Source: Phyllosticta citribraziliensis (taxonomy: Eukaryota). Taken from it: a DNA stretch of 64,000 nt. Shown here one piece after another: positions 35,586-49,677 of this stretch. Where the stretch lies: the NCBI RefSeq assembly GCF_038025025.1, contig NW_027117347.1, positions 248,001-312,000 of the forward strand, read 5' to 3'. The notes beneath the pieces are model-generated. The model ran no database searches. It was not told where the DNA came from and saw only the letters and a program-made list of their open reading frames with translations. Position 1 is the first letter of the stretch; every line of letters begins with the position of its first letter. Made by a program: the position numbers and the translations under genes.

Positions 35586-38500
35586 ATGTCGAGACGAGAT
35601 TCCCCTGCGCTACCTCTCTACAACTCCCCCGACGCCTCGTCCTTGAGGCCAGCCTCACCCAAGGTGACCTCGGCCGTCGCCTCCAGGTCCTCCTCTGCGC
35701 CGAGGTCCCGCGCTGAACAGCCCGTACTACACCCCTCTGCCACTTTGCGACACTGCCGCTGACCAGTGCTTTTGCCGCGCAGTCGCACTCGTCCAGATAT
35801 TCGGCCTTGACCATCGAAGAGACCGCCCAGCAGCTACGCACCAGTTTGAGATCTGGCCTCGCGCCGTCCGAGGCTTCGGCGAGACTGCACGACTATGGCC
35901 TCAACGAACTGTCTGGCGAGGAGCCTGAGCCGTTATGGCTGCGATTCCTCAAGCAATTCCAGGAGACCCTGATACTTTTGCTGCTTGGATCTGCCGCCGT
36001 GTCATTCGTCATGCGCCAATATGACGACGCCTTGAGCATAGCCGCGGCCGTCACCATCGTCGTCACAGTTGGCTTTGTTCAAGAATACAGGTCGGAAAAG
36101 TCTTTGGAGAAGCTGAACCAGCTAGTTCCACATTCGGCACACGTCATTCGCGGACAGGTCCCTCCAGCCTCGCGCAAACCCTCTCCTATGCCCAGGGACT
36201 CTGCTTCGCAGTCTACGGATAGCTTGCAGGATACCGTGGCGGCCTTGGAGGCTGCGGAAGTGGCATCCTCGACCATTTCTGCCAGCCAAATCGTCCCGGG
36301 AGACTTGGTCCTGTTTCACACTGGAGATCGCATACCCGCCGACATTCGCATCACCCACGCGGCAGACCTGACCATTGATGAGTCCAATCTTACCGGAGAG
36401 AACGAGCCCGTATCCAAAGAACCACACGTCATCGACCGCCACGCTTCTCGTTCTTCTTCGCCAAGGGCGCCATCGTACTCTTCTCCAGCTGCCGGTACCG
36501 TTGGAGCGGACATACGGTTGAACGACCAGAAAAACATTGCATTCATGGGCACCCTGGTGAGGTCAGGGTACGGGCAGGGCATCGTCATCGGAACGGGACA
36601 GGAGACAGAGTTTGGCGCCATTTCCGCGTCTTTGCAAGAAATCGAAAGCCCGCGAACGCCTCTCCAGCTGTCCATGGATCGCCTCGGCAAAGATCTCAGT
36701 TACATGTCCTTTTGCGTCATCGGCTTCATCATGTTGGTTGGACTTTGGCGCGGTTGGGAATTCTTGGAAATGTTCCAAATCGGCGTTTCACTGGCAGTCG
36801 CTGCTATTCCAGAGGGACTCCCGATCATTGTGACGGTTACCCTGGCCCTAGGCGTGCTGAGAATGTCAAAAAGGAATGCGATTGTGAGAAGACTGCCCAG
36901 TGTGGAGACTCTGGGCTCGGTGAATGTGGTGTGTACCGACAAAACAGGTGAGACCTACAGAAAAGGGGGGAGGTGTCGTTTTTGACCATTCTGCAGGAAC
37001 TCTGACGACAAACCACATGACTGTCACCAACATTTGGCACTTTGACGACAAGGAGCCAGTCGACGTGAACCGACGACAAGGCGCAGCTGACCTGGATCCA
37101 GCAACACGGACAATCCTTCGCATAGGCAACATCGTCAACCACGGCCGCCTGGTCAGCACGGCCGCGTCAAACTCCAGTGCCGCCGTGCTTTCATCGACCC
37201 TTGGGAGTGGCGATGATGGAACTGGTGCCAAGAGCCGATGGGTCGGGCAGCCCACGGACGTTGCGCTTCTTGACTTGCTTGACGAATACGGAGAGGATGA
37301 CATTCGCGACAGGATCGGCTCGAGGCGCAATGAGACTCCATTCAGCTCGGAGCGCAAGTGGATGGGTTGCGTGATACAAGGAAATTCCGGCCAAGTCAGC
37401 TCCAACGCCGCGGACGTGGCTTACATTAAAGGAGCGCTTGAAAAGGTTCTGGAACGATGTGACACCTATCTCACTGCCCAAGGCCGAGAAGTCGCCTTTG
37501 ACGAGTCCAAAAAGCGCGAGGCTGTCAACGCTGCGGAGCAAATGGCCCAGAATGGCCTCAGGGTTTTGGGTTTTGCCAGCGGATCCGTTCGGGATTCGAC
37601 CAAGTCAAAAGCTTCGAAAAATCGGAGTGGAAACTCGACACCCGTCCCGGAGCGACCCTCTGAAAATGAAGAAGACTTTTATCGCAGTCTGACATTTGCC
37701 GGACTGGTTGGCATGAATGACCCCCCTCGCAAGGGCGTGGATCGTTCCATCAGACGACTCATGGCTGGAGGCGTCAAGGTCATTATGATTACCGGCGACG
37801 CCGAGACCACAGCCGTGGCCATCGGAAAGAAGCTGGGCATGCCAATCAGCCAAAACTCGTCGATAGGGCCTTCTGTGTTGCGTGGGGATGAACTGGACCA
37901 AATGAGCGAAGAGGATCTCTCTCAAGCAATCGCTACGACTACCATCTTTGCGCGCACCAGTCCTGAGCACAAGATGAAGATTGTCCGGGCACTCCAAGCG
38001 CGCGGCGACGTTGTGGCCATGACTGGTGACGGAGTCAACGATGCCCCCGCTCTCAAAAAGGCAGACATTGGCATCAGCATGGGCAGATTGGGAACAGACG
38101 TGGCCAAAGAGGCTGCTGACATGATCCTGACCGACGACGACTTTTCCACCATTCTCTCTGCGATTGAAGAGGGCAAGGGCATTTTCTACAACATTCAAAA
38201 CTTTTTGACCTTTCAGCTCAGCACCAGCGCCGCGGCACTCAGTCTTGTTCTCGTCAGCACCTTTTACGGCCTCAAGAATCCGCTCAACGCCATGCAGATT
38301 CTATGGATCAGTATGTTTGCAAGCTCGTGTTTGTTGCACCTGCTAATAATATCCACAGACATTCTAATGGACGGACCGCCTGCACAATCGCTCGGCGTCG
38401 AGCCGGTCGACCCGGCCGTCATGACGCGCCCCCCTCGCAGCAAGACGGCGCGCGTACTCACGCGTCCCCTCCTCCAACGCGTACTCCAGCAGGCCTCGGT

Positions 38501-38903
38501 CATCATGCTCGGCACGCTCGCCGTCTACGTCACCTGCCTGTCCGACACGGGGGCCGTGGACGCGCGCGACACGACCATGACCTTCACGGCGTTTGTCTGC
38601 TTCGACATGTTCAACGCCCTCACGTGCCGCACCGAGTCCAAATCCTACCTGCGCGGCGAGGTGGCCGTGTTTGGCAACAAGATGTTCAACTACGCCGTCG
38701 CGGGCAGCCTGGCCGGGCAGCTCGCCGTCATCTACCTCCCCGGCCTGCAGAGCGTCTTCCAGACCGAGGCGCTCGGGCTGGGCGACTTGGTCCGCCTCGT
38801 GGCGCTGGCGAGCCTGGTGCTGTGGGCTGATGAGGGGCGCAAGGCGTATCGGCGGTGGCAGGCAAGGAGGGGTTTGATCGGCACTTATAGCGCAGCTGTT
38901 TGA
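35586..38903 (+). CDS. PMR1: Golgi Ca2+/Mn2+ P-type ATPase; introns 35724-35782, 36948-36996 and 38311-38358
   Basis: [63 protein letters not shown]. The start codon (MSRRDS) is inferred. Confidence 0.94.
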
Positions 38904-41356
38904 GTGATTCCAGTAGTTCCCAGAGGCGGGACAGCCAAGGCATGGGCCGGTGTTTGGAGTGCGTTTGCTTGCTTGTTTCGTATACATATATACGTATAAA
39001 TCATCAAGAGGGAAGGAAGGCTGGTCAAGAGATTTGGTTGCGTGGGTGCCTGGGTGCGTTGTACACATTGTTTGAATAAAGGGCACGGAAGGAAGAAGCG
39101 CATGAATAACGGCCTCCTCGCAAACACTCAAATCACTTTTTCTCCAGCAGCGAGCCTGGCATCTTTCTACGGCAAATACACTGACCTACGTGTCTTACTT
39201 AGACCTGCGCCCCCTCGGCCCTCGGCCTCCGCCATCTGTTCCTGCGAAGAAGACCTTTTGCTGCGTACGCGGTGCAGTGCGCGACCGCCGCACATACATG
39301 CCATTCCCCCCTCTCCTGCATGCCGTCGTCGCAGTCTGGAACGGCGTCTTCATTCTTTCGTTCATTCATTCATTCCAATCTCGCCTCGGTACGCACACTT
39401 ACTGCTGTCTTGAGCCCCTTAGGTTTTCCTCTCGTGTCTCGTTTTCTTTGCCCACCCTCTTCGTCTTCTCTTGATTCATTTCATTTGGTTTCACTTGTCC
39501 TTCTGCCGCGCTCCCCGCCAGTGTCTCAAGAACGTGGCGGGGGAACACACGCCCGCAAGAAGAAGCAAGCAAGTACTCGTCAAGCAGACAGAAGGAAGGA
39601 AAAGCAATGCTCGGCTGATGTACCCCCGGCGCGGTGGCGCAGAATGCGATGACGGGGGCAAATTCCCGAGCTACCGAACGGACGTACGGGGGGGGGGGGC
39701 TACATGGAGGAGGCATCGCGTGACGGCCTCCGCTCCTCCCGTCGGGTCTTCAATGTGGTGCCTGGGTGGCGAGGGAGAGTGGGTGGGCGGGCGTTGAAGA
39801 CGTGGGCGCCGTCCGTGACGAGAAGAAGCCGGGAGAAAAGTGCCCGAGTCGTCGTGCTACGCGTGGCGGCCGTCATGCGAGCGAGCGGATGGGCCGACTG
39901 GCCGGCGTTGACAGGAGTATGTACGGCTTCGTCGCGGGGCTCGTTTGTCTCTAAGGCGGTGGCTTGCGTCTCTCGGAACTTTTGAGATGGGCCATGGAGA
40001 GTCTGCCACTGCGTCTCTTCCTACTTGTCTTGGGGAGAAGGACGAGGCGAGGCGCGCACACGCCTTGCCAGCACTCCCCCCCTCTGTTCACCATCGCTCT
40101 GTCTGTCTGTTCCTTGTCAGTCTGCTTGCTTCGGCTCTTGTCTCAGCGCCACCGCTGCCGCAGACTGCGCCGCTGCTGCTGTCGTGCTACGACGAATGGC
40201 TCCCGACGACCGGGCTACGCCGCCTGCCTGTCTGGCTGTGCCTGTTCCTGATGCCCTGCGTCGGTCTAGTCAGGTCCTGGGCCGACTCGTGGACAGGGCA
40301 CGACTGGCGCGGTGGTGGGCTCGAAAACAACTGCGACGTGTCGCTCACCACAAGGAGCATTTGCATTACGCGCGCCGCCGCGTCCAGAGCCGTCGAGTCC
40401 CTGCCGTGGCGAGTCGAGTCGAGTCGAATCACAGAGAGGTCAAACAAACAAGCCATTGTCCTTTTTCGTCGCGTCTCCAAAGGGCGGTCAGCGACGACAG
40501 CGCGGCGCCTACGGACAGGACAGACAGCACTGCCCGAATCAGCATCCCCTCGGCGCCACAGCGCGCCAAAAACGACTCTGGAGCGGAGAGGCGGTTTGTC
40601 GAAAGAGCGTGGGATACAAACAGGGTGGCCAAAGGGAGTGCAGTGCTGGGCCCTTTGCTTCGGTGTTGCAAAGCGCCGCATATTTCCTGCGTCAGTTTCA
40701 TCGTTGGGCGACCTGGAGCGCGGCCAGACGTGCCTTTGCTGCAAGAGGAAGAAGTGGAGGAAGAGGACGAGCAGAGCCAAGACGAGAGGGGGCCAGGAAC
40801 GGTGTTCAGTGCTGGTGCCGGGCAGACGACGAGCAGCGACTCCTTGTGCTGTCTGGGGGCCCCGTGTTTGGGCCTGATGCTCCGCTGCCATGTGGCCTGG
40901 TGCTACGCTGCGTTCCTGGCGGCGAGAGGGTGAGCTTACGGCTGGTCTGGGTGCCGGCTCTGCCTGACTGACTTGACTGACTCCAATTCTCTCAAAGACA
41001 CCATGGCGTGGTTCGACGTGGGCGTCGAGTCAAGTCCTTGTTATGTCGTGGGATTCGTTCGGGGTGGGCGCTGCGTCCTGGTCTCTGGATCCGAATCCGA
41101 ATCTGGGGGATGAGAGTGAGTGAGGCAATCAAGGGGGAAGAGTAGGAGTGGGTGAGGAAGTGAGTGAGTGAGCAGGTGAGCCTTGTGGGTCCTGTGGACA
41201 GGCAGAAAGACACAGACATAAAAGCAGGCTGTATCGCTTGGATGGAAGGGCAAGGACGACAACGTCAACGTCAACGATATTCATTCTTCTTCTTTCTTCC
41301 CTTCCTCTTGTTCCAACTTCCCAGTGCTTCTCCTCGACCCCAGATCCACCAGCACC

Positions 41357-42374
41357 ATGCACCTCACCACCACGCTGCCCCTGTGGCTCACCCTCACCAG
41401 CACCCTCGTGACCCCGGCCACGGCCATCGACGCAACCCTCAACGCCACGCTCGTCGCGTCGGCCAAACTCGCCGCGACGCGCCTCGACCGCGCCGCGCTC
41501 TTCACGGCGCCCAACAGCACCGTCTTCGACTTCACGTCGCACCCGTACCACACGTTCGCGCCGGGCGGCGTCGTCAACGCCAACGCCGCCACCTTCCCGT
41601 ACGTGACGGGCAACGGCATGACGCTCGCCATGCTGTACCTGGGCCCGTGCGCCATGCTGCCGGCGCACCTGCACCCGCGCGCCGCCAACTACGTCGTCAG
41701 CGTCAAGGGCACCACCGAGACGTACATGGTCGAGGAGAACGGGGCCGCCACGGTGCGGGCGACGCTGGGCGAGGGCATGATGACCATTTTCCCGCGCGGC
41801 AGCGTGCATATGATGGAGAATGCGGGTATGTGTGTGTGGTTTCCTTCTCTTGTGCCCTCCTCCCTCTCCTGTTGGGTGGATGCATGCGTGCGTGTGGTTG
41901 TGTGGCCGCCGCGAGCGAGGGAGGCTACATGCATGCGCGCGGACGGACGTGCCGTCATGACTTGTGCCGCCTCGCTTCCTCTGCCTTGCCTCGGACTGTT
42001 TGGTTTGGTCGCACAAACGGACGGACAGGCGGGCTATGCGTATCCTTTCCTGCCTGTACCCCTGGCCCAGAATGGCCTCTCTCTCCTACGTCACGTCACG
42101 TCGCACCCCACTCACTGACCTCGCACCACCAACAGGCTGCACGCCCAACACGCTCGTCTCGGCCCTCAACGCCGAAGACACGGGGACACTGAACCTCGCG
42201 ACGACGCTCTTCGCGGCCTTCCCGCCCGCGCTCGTGCTGCCGAACGTCGGCTACGCGCTCGACAACGCGTCGCTGGTCGACATTGGCCGCGACATGCCCG
42301 GCGTGGGCACGGGGGCGATATGGGGGCGGCGAGAGTGTCTGCGGGCGTGTGGGTTGGAGGGGAAGGGGAGGTAG
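41357..42374 (+). CDS. Secreted spherulin/germin-like cupin; intron 41826-42135
   Basis: Signal peptide; GGVVNANAATFP, LGPCAMLPAHLHPRA, FPRGSVHMMEN|GC...LVSALNAEDTG; terminal ECLRACG. CATAAAA at about 41217. Confidence 0.88.
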
Positions 42375-42784
42375 GGGGTTGGTTGTTGGTGGGGGAGGGG
42401 GAGGGGGGGGAAGGGGTATGTAGTAACACAAGGAAGGCAACATACATAGCAAAGCAACAATGACGCAGCCATCCACGCAGATAGCACAGCGGTTAACAAT
42501 ACGCGCATCAGGAAAAGCTCTCCTCTTCCGGCAGTCGGCCGCTGGGGGTATCCCTCCTGCCTCGTCTCTCAATCGCCATCCCTGTCTGTTTGCCGCTGGG
42601 ATGATGCCTCGAGGTGGTCCAGCGCGTCGGGACGGGATGACGGTGGGTCGCGGAAGCGGGAGCGGAGGGGAGGGAGGGAGATAAAGGAGACGGGGTAAGC
42701 AATAGAGAGAGGTGAGATGGAGATGGAATGAGGAAGGTGATGTGGGGGAGAGTACGAGAGACAATGTGGAGAGAAAAACACGGC

Positions 42785-42816
<32 letters not shown>

Positions 42817-43753
42817 GAGAAAGTGTTCCTCTCTTTCCACGATACCTACCCCATACCCCATACCCCATAGCCCCACCACAATCCTAAATCTACCCCAGAT
42901 CACCGACCTTTTCTTCTTTTTCTTCTTCTATAAAAAGACAGCAAGCAACAGAGCCGAGGCAAAGGGGCTCAGCTCGGCTCAGATCAAAAAGCAAACAGAC
43001 CCCAAAAAAAAGGGCCGGAAGGAACCAGCAGCGCGGTAGCTCAGCTGCTCGGTAGGTTAGATTAGTCGGTTAGTGGTGGAGGTGGAAGGCCGTGGTGAGT
43101 ATCTATGTATGTGTGGAGAGGGCCCCTGCGTGTGTAGGAAGAGGTGGTTAGAGAGGCAAGGGGGAGTGTTGGTCGTCGTATTGGCGCCAGCAAGCAAGCA
43201 ATCAAGCAAGCAAGCAAGCAAGCAGGTACTCAAATCACCTCATCCCATCTCTCGCTCTTCCTTTCTCTCTGGCTTATTCCCCGCGGCGGTCGTGCAGCCA
43301 ACCAGCCAACCAACCAAGCAACAAGGCGGCGACGACGGAAGGCAGTCTGACAGATCGGCTGCCGGGATGCCGGGGTGCGTGTTTGGTTGGGACGCGGGTG
43401 TGCGGGGATGGATAGACGGACAGGGACGGACTGGACTGGGCGAGATGGCGACGACGACGACGACGATGATGATGATGATGACGAGGGGAACAAAATCGCG
43501 GTCGTCGGGTAAGTATGTAAGCGCATTCATACATGCATACGTATGGTCAGTTCCGCAGAAAGCATGAGAGCGAGAGAGAGAGAGAGAAAGCGCAAGAATG
43601 AGGGACGAGGGGTGGGTACACTTCCTTGCGGAGGGAGAGGAGGAGGCGAAAGCGAGCGTGCGTGCGTGCGTGTTGTTACACAAGCACACCCACAGCCCAG
43701 GCGGCAATTGGCCAATCAGATGCAGCCAGTCATGGCATGGCATTCATCCATGG

Positions 43754-43801
<48 letters not shown>
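43754..43801 (+). repeat. (CATGGG)8 microsatellite
   Basis: Perfect hexamer tandem run. Confidence 0.95.
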
Positions 43802-43803
<2 letters not shown>

Positions 43804-45800
43804 GGAGGTGCGCTGCGTTGGTTGGGTTCCTTGGGCTTCTGGGCCAGCGCAGCCCAGCAGATACCTGGCTAGGCGCGTGCACGTACGCATCCATCACGAA
43901 TGTATGTATGTATGTATGTGGGAAGTTACATGGGCAAGAAGACGACGACGACGACGACGAGATAGCCAGACCATATTCCGGGTCAATGGGCTGCGACTGG
44001 AGTAGACTGGACTGGACTGGACTGCGACTCGGATGAGATGAGATGGTGATGATGGCGAGGGGAAAAGAGGCTTCGAAGACGCGGCCAAGGCAGGGCTCAA
44101 ACTTTAACCGGCGGCAAGCAGCAGCAGCAGCAGCAGCTTTGCGCGGCCAAGGAAGCAAAGACTGGAGCAGATGTTGAATACATGATCCGTATGCATGCAG
44201 CACCCAGGCATGCGCGCAGCCGCACCGCAGCAAGGCAGGCGGGTACATGTGCTGTAGTAAGCAAGAGGAGAGGGGAGAAGAGAGAGGCGAGCGAGCCAGC
44301 ACTCGGAACGGAGCCGCCGGGACAGACGGCGCAGACAACAGTGGGTGCAGTGTGGAACCATCAGCAGAAAGGGTACGTACATACAGTACGCACGAAGCGC
44401 AGTGTACGGACGAGAGACATGGCACGATGGTGGTGGTGTTGAGTTGGGCTTGGGGCTTGAGGCTTGGCAGGCAATAGCAGGCGGCGGGAGGCGTCGAAGC
44501 GCACGGGGCTTTTTCGTTATATTTTTCGTGTTTGGGCTAGCGAGCACCGCAACCAAAACGGACGGCAGACGGCGAGGCCCTGCAGCGGGTGGTAGTGGTG
44601 GTGGTGGTGGTTTTCTTTCTTCGTCGGCGTGCGTGCGTGCGTGCGTGGGTGGGGTGCGGCGACACGTGAAAGTATCGACACAGGGAATTGATTGCCTGTA
44701 CGCCATGTCGCAATGATGTGATGATGATGGAGATGACAGCAGGACGAGGTGGATACTGGCAGTGGACATGGGCAGGACGAGGCCCAATGGAGCAGCTGGC
44801 TGCAGCGTCGGACAAGGACGGAGATTTGGGCGCGAGAGCGACGCCGTGGAGTTATAGTTTGCAGGTGCATGATTGGATTTCACATGCCACGAGAGCGACG
44901 GGAGAGACAATCCTGGGGACTGGAGCAACATGGAACGCGACGGTTGCGTCGTCAGGTCGGCGTCTTATCTCGTTGCGGGAGAGGAGTGGAGGCGGAGGCG
45001 GAGGCAGAGGCAGAGGCGGAGGCGGAGGCGGACCAGAGGGAGGGATCCGGACTGGGACTGGGACTGGGACTGGACGAGGGCAAGGAAGGAAGGACGCCTG
45101 CCTGCCTGGTCTGTGCAGCTTTCACATGTCAACTGTCGTCACCTCAGAGAGAGAGAGCGACAGAGAGAGACAGAGGCACTTCCCTGACCTGCACCCAACC
45201 TACTCCTCCTACCCTACCACAGCGCACCTTGCACCACACCACCTCTCTCCCTCCCCACGCCCACGGCTCTGTCTACCAGGCCAATCGTCGTCCAGTCCAC
45301 TCTTCGCCGCTTCGCTTCGCTTCTCCCTCGACTCGCTTCGCCCTCTCTCTCTCTCTCTCTCTCGCTCTCTCTCTCTCTCGCCCTCTGCTCCCTCCCTCCC
45401 TCCCTCCCTCTCTCTCTCTCCATCGCTGCTCCGTCCTCTTCCTCCCGCTACTGCCACTGCTCCTGCTCCTGCTCCTGCTCCTGCCGCCGCCCTCCGCTGC
45501 CATTACTCACACTACGCAAGTCCCTCAGCTCCCTCCTGCTCCAATCGATTCGAATTGCGGAATGCGTCCGTCATTCCTGCGCTGACGATCCTGCTTTGGC
45601 CAGAAGATAACCAAGCCCGTTGACTTCTCCCTCAACCATCCTTCTCTCGTCATCATCGCCCCCTCACTCTTCCACTACATATTGGTACGTCCTCAACACC
45701 CTCGCCCCGTCCCCCCCCCTTTCCCCCCCCCAATACACCCCAACGCGCCATGCCTCCTCGCCGCCAAAAGTTGACCAACGGCCACAGCAACCAGCGCTCT

Positions 45801-46422
45801 ATGCCCCACGCTGAACAAAAGTCAAAGATGGGCGAACCCATGACCAACGGCGAGAGGCCCTCGTCTCACTTTGTCTCGGTGAGCCACTCCCTCCCTCGTG
45901 TTCTTCCTCGTTTCTAACCACCATCTCCAGCACCTCGTTGCCTACCCCGTCGTCTCGGACCTCATCAACACGTACAAGTCCAATCCCTACGGCCAAAAGA
46001 CGCTCGACCTCAGCAGCGCAGCCTTCGACCGCTTCGGCAAGCCCATTGTCCCCTACCTCGAAAAGCCCTACGGCTTCGTCGCTCCCTACGTCCAGCGAGC
46101 CGACAGCCTGGCCGACAATGGCCTGAGCCACATTGAGGAGCACTTTCCCATTGTCAAGGAAAACACGTCAACCATCCGAGACCGCGCCTTCGACCTTGCC
46201 TTTTTGCCCCTGCGCGTCGCCGGCCAGGGCCGCGACTACGTCCTCGGCACCTACAACGACGAGTACAAGAAGACGGGCGGCAAGGGCCTCATCACGACAG
46301 CCAAGGCCATTGTCTCGACGGAGCTCAAAATCACGGCCGACGCCCTGCAGCTGGTCGCCGACTACCTGGGCCCCAAGAAGGAGGCTGCCAAGCAAAAGGT
46401 CCAAGAAAAGACCAACAACTAG
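45801..46422 (+). CDS. CAP20: Perilipin-like lipid-droplet protein, CAP20/MPL1 family; intron 45879-45930
   Basis: NGERPSSHFVS|HLVAYPVVSDLINTYKSNPYGQKTL...KPYGFVAPYVQRADSLADNGL...FPIVKE matches the fungal perilipin family as I recall it. Confidence 0.88.
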
Positions 46423-47956
46423 TAGCCCCGACTACTACGGCTCGTCCCGCCATCGACTCGGAATCGCTGCCGTCGTCGTCGTCCATTGCCCCCCACCCAC
46501 CGCCATCATCATCCACTACTACCACTACCCACTTGTGCAGAGAAGGAGCCTCAATGGTCCGCTACGTCGCAGAAACACTCGTCTTGATGCCGGCGGCGGT
46601 CCAATCGTGTAGAAAAAATCGGAGAAATCGCAGTCGTTGAGCGTAGCCGCAGCAGCAGCAACGAGCATTTGTTGCCTCTTTTGCAACCCAAGGGATGGAG
46701 GAGGAGGAGGAGGAGGAGGAATCAAGGAGTGGGTGTGCCCGTGTGTGAGATTTGAGCAGCGGGGATCGGTGTGTATGCGCGCGTGCGTTGTCAGTTTAGT
46801 TTACTCTACTACTACCACTATTGACTTGTCGAGGGATGGAGCTAGTTTTAGCCGACCGGATTTTTTTTCCTTTTTCCCTTCGTTTTTCCTCTTTCCTTTG
46901 TCCATCTTCTCCCTTTGGTGCGTTGTGTTCTGGGTCTGGTCAGGCCTGGGCCAGATCGGTCTAGCCTAGTCTTGTCTACGGTCGTGACTAGTCTGGTCTC
47001 GTCTTGGCCTGGCCGGTTGCGGCTGGTAGATCGAGGGGGTCGGTCGGTCGGTCGGTCGGGTATGTGTGACGGGTGGGTGGAATCCATCATGGCACGAGGA
47101 TGAGCGGGTATTTGGGTCATGGGTGTGGGTTGTCACTGGAGATGTGCGAAGTGGAACTGCGGTGGTGGATGGAGGGTCTGAGGGCTGGTGGGTTGGGCAT
47201 GTATGTATTTCGTCGTGGTGGTGGTGGTAGTAGAGCGGGAGTAGGGTAGGTGGTAGGTGGTAGGTGGTAGGTGGGGGTTTTAAGAATTATTTCTTTTTGC
47301 TCTGCTGGGTTTTTTCTTCTTTTTTTACTTTTTCTGCGTTGTTCTTTTTTTTTTTTTTTTTTCTCGATTTTTGTTGTTGCTGCTGAGAGGATGCTATGTA
47401 GATGGAAGTACGTGCGTGCATTGGAGATGGGTAGTTCTCTGCTTTCTTCTCTTGCAGTGAGTGAGCGAGCGACTGAGTGACTAAGTGACTATGTTGTGAG
47501 TGCTTTTGTTGGGACACGCCGTGGTGGTGTGAGCAGCAGCAGCAGCGGCGGCGGCAGCAGCAAATTCCCCACACGAGGAGGAGGAGGAGCGTGACCAATG
47601 CAGCAGCAGCCTAGGTACGGAGTGGAATTTTGGAATTCGGATTGGATTGGATTGGATTGGATTGTAGTGGATTGGAGTGGATTGGATTGGAGTGGAGATG
47701 TGGGGAATTCGAGAGATGAGAGACACTCGTAGGAATGAATGAATGAATGAATGTGCGCGCGTGCGGCCGGCCACGACGTATGTACAATTTCAATCAATCA
47801 ATCAGTCAATCAATTCAGTTGATGAAGAGATGAAGTGATTAGATACGAATTCTTTCATTCCTTCTTTCCTTCTTTCTTTGGTTCTTTGTTTTCCTCTTCG
47901 CCTTCTTCTTCTTCTTCTTCTTCTTCTTCGCCTTCGCCTTCTTCTTTCCTCGAAGC

Positions 47957-48003
47957 AGTCGAGTCGAGTCGAGTCGAGTCGAGTCGAGTCGAGTCGAGTC
48001 GAG
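47957..48003 (+). repeat. (AGTCG)n microsatellite within an SSR-dense intergenic region
   Basis: About 9 perfect pentamer copies; neighbouring (GGATT)n, (TTC)n, (GAT)n and (GAAT)n runs. Confidence 0.9.
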
Positions 48004-49677
48004 GCGGTGATGCAGTGGTGCAGTGGTGCAGTGAATGCCATGGGAGACGGAAGGGGAGACGGAAGGGGAGGGGGGAGGTGGGTTTGCTACATAGGATTCC
48101 GACTCGCACTCGCATTCGCACTTACCTTACACTTACACTTACACTTGGGAGTTGATGATGATGATGATGATGATGCTGCTGCTTGCTCATGCACTTGCAC
48201 TTGCACTGTACCTACGATTGATTGATCGATCGATCGACAATCAACGACACGTGTGCGTGTGCGTGTGCGTGTGCGGCGTGGACTGCGTGACACGGAGAGG
48301 AGAGACGGCGTGGGCTCGGGCTCGGATCTGTGTCTGTGTCTAGATCTGATCGAGACCTGAGAATCGGGAGAGCGTGGGGAGGTTCGTTATCTCCTCGTTG
48401 CATGGGCGGGGCGGGGGGTGGGCTGGGTGAGACAACAACGACGGAACTACTGTAGCTAGATGGTGTGCGCGTTGATGACGGTGGCGGCGGTGGTGGTGGT
48501 GCGGGATGGGATGGGGCTGTGACTGTGACTCGGGCTTGGACTTGGACTCGGACTTGGAGATAATGGTCGTGATGGTATGTATGGGATGGGTGGAATGAAT
48601 GGCATGGGAGAGCGTGGCAGGTGAGTGGGTGGGTGGGTGCTTTGCGTCATCTTGTCGTGTGCTGGGTGCTGGGTGCTGGGTGCTGGGTGCTGGGTGAGGT
48701 GAAATCGTGATGCGGTAACATTGTGGTTATGGTCTGGTGTGGCCACGCGAGGCGCTGGTCTGTCTGTCTGCCTGTCTCGTTTGCGTTGTGAAGTTGTCGT
48801 GTGGTTGATGTGAGGAGGCGCTGGTTTATCTGTCTGCCCGCCTCGTTTGTCAACTGGCTCGAGTCTTGCGGCAGTGCAACAGGTAGGGTAGGCACTGCGC
48901 GAAGAGTGAGTGAGTGAGTGACTGAGTGCGTTGACGACGTTTTGGTCATGATCATCCTCGTCTCGGGAAAAGCTGTCTGTTGCTCGATAACTGTGTGAGT
49001 ACCTGGTGGAGACGCCTTTCTATTCGTCCTCGCTTCGGAACAGGCTGGCTCGCTGGCTGCTGCGCTGGGCCATCGCCATCAGCTCGCTCTACTCATCTAC
49101 AACTACAACCAGTCAGCCGTACCAAGAGACTAGAGGTTTTGGCGCAGCGGCTGCAAGGTTTCCAGCTGCAGCTTCTAGCGTTGACCTGTCGAAACGGGAA
49201 ATGCTCGCGACGGACAAAAGTTTCGCATGCAGGGTCTCGCGTTGCGTTGATCGGCTGTCTCGTATCCAAACGGATGAATAATGTGTGCGCTGTGTTAGTG
49301 GTGCACATTGGGAGCCGGGTTTCTTGCGTTTGGGACGGCAGCAAGCGATTCGTTGATTCGTAGGTAGGTTTTTGACTGCTGAAAAAGTAGTCTTGCACTA
49401 CCACAACAACCACAAGGAGACAGGTTCGATGATGCCGTGACGCCTCCGATTTTCCCCCTCCACAACCACCAAAGCTTTGCGCCCGGGATGCGGCCCTGCA
49501 CAAGTTCACGGTTCCATCGACTGTGTCTCTGCGTGGTGACAGGCTCCCTTCATGGTATATTGGTTGATTTGAATTTTTTCTCAAATCCAGCTACATCCCT
49601 TTGTCGTGTGTCGCCGGACCTGAAATTTGCAGCCGAATCCCCACCGCAATGCCTCATCTCGGTAGAAAACGAACCGC

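Noticed and set aside
39945..40971. Several overlapping 200-310 aa ORFs on both strands
   Set aside because: GC-rich, SSR-containing DNA with no motif or consistent codon bias; probably intergenic.
43030..43080. tRNA-like start GCGCGGTAGCTCAGC...GGTAG
   Set aside because: No T-loop (GTTCGA) or acceptor-stem complement downstream.
43073..45623. Long ORFs with MGMGMG/AWAWAW/ERERER runs
   Set aside because: Translations of microsatellites.
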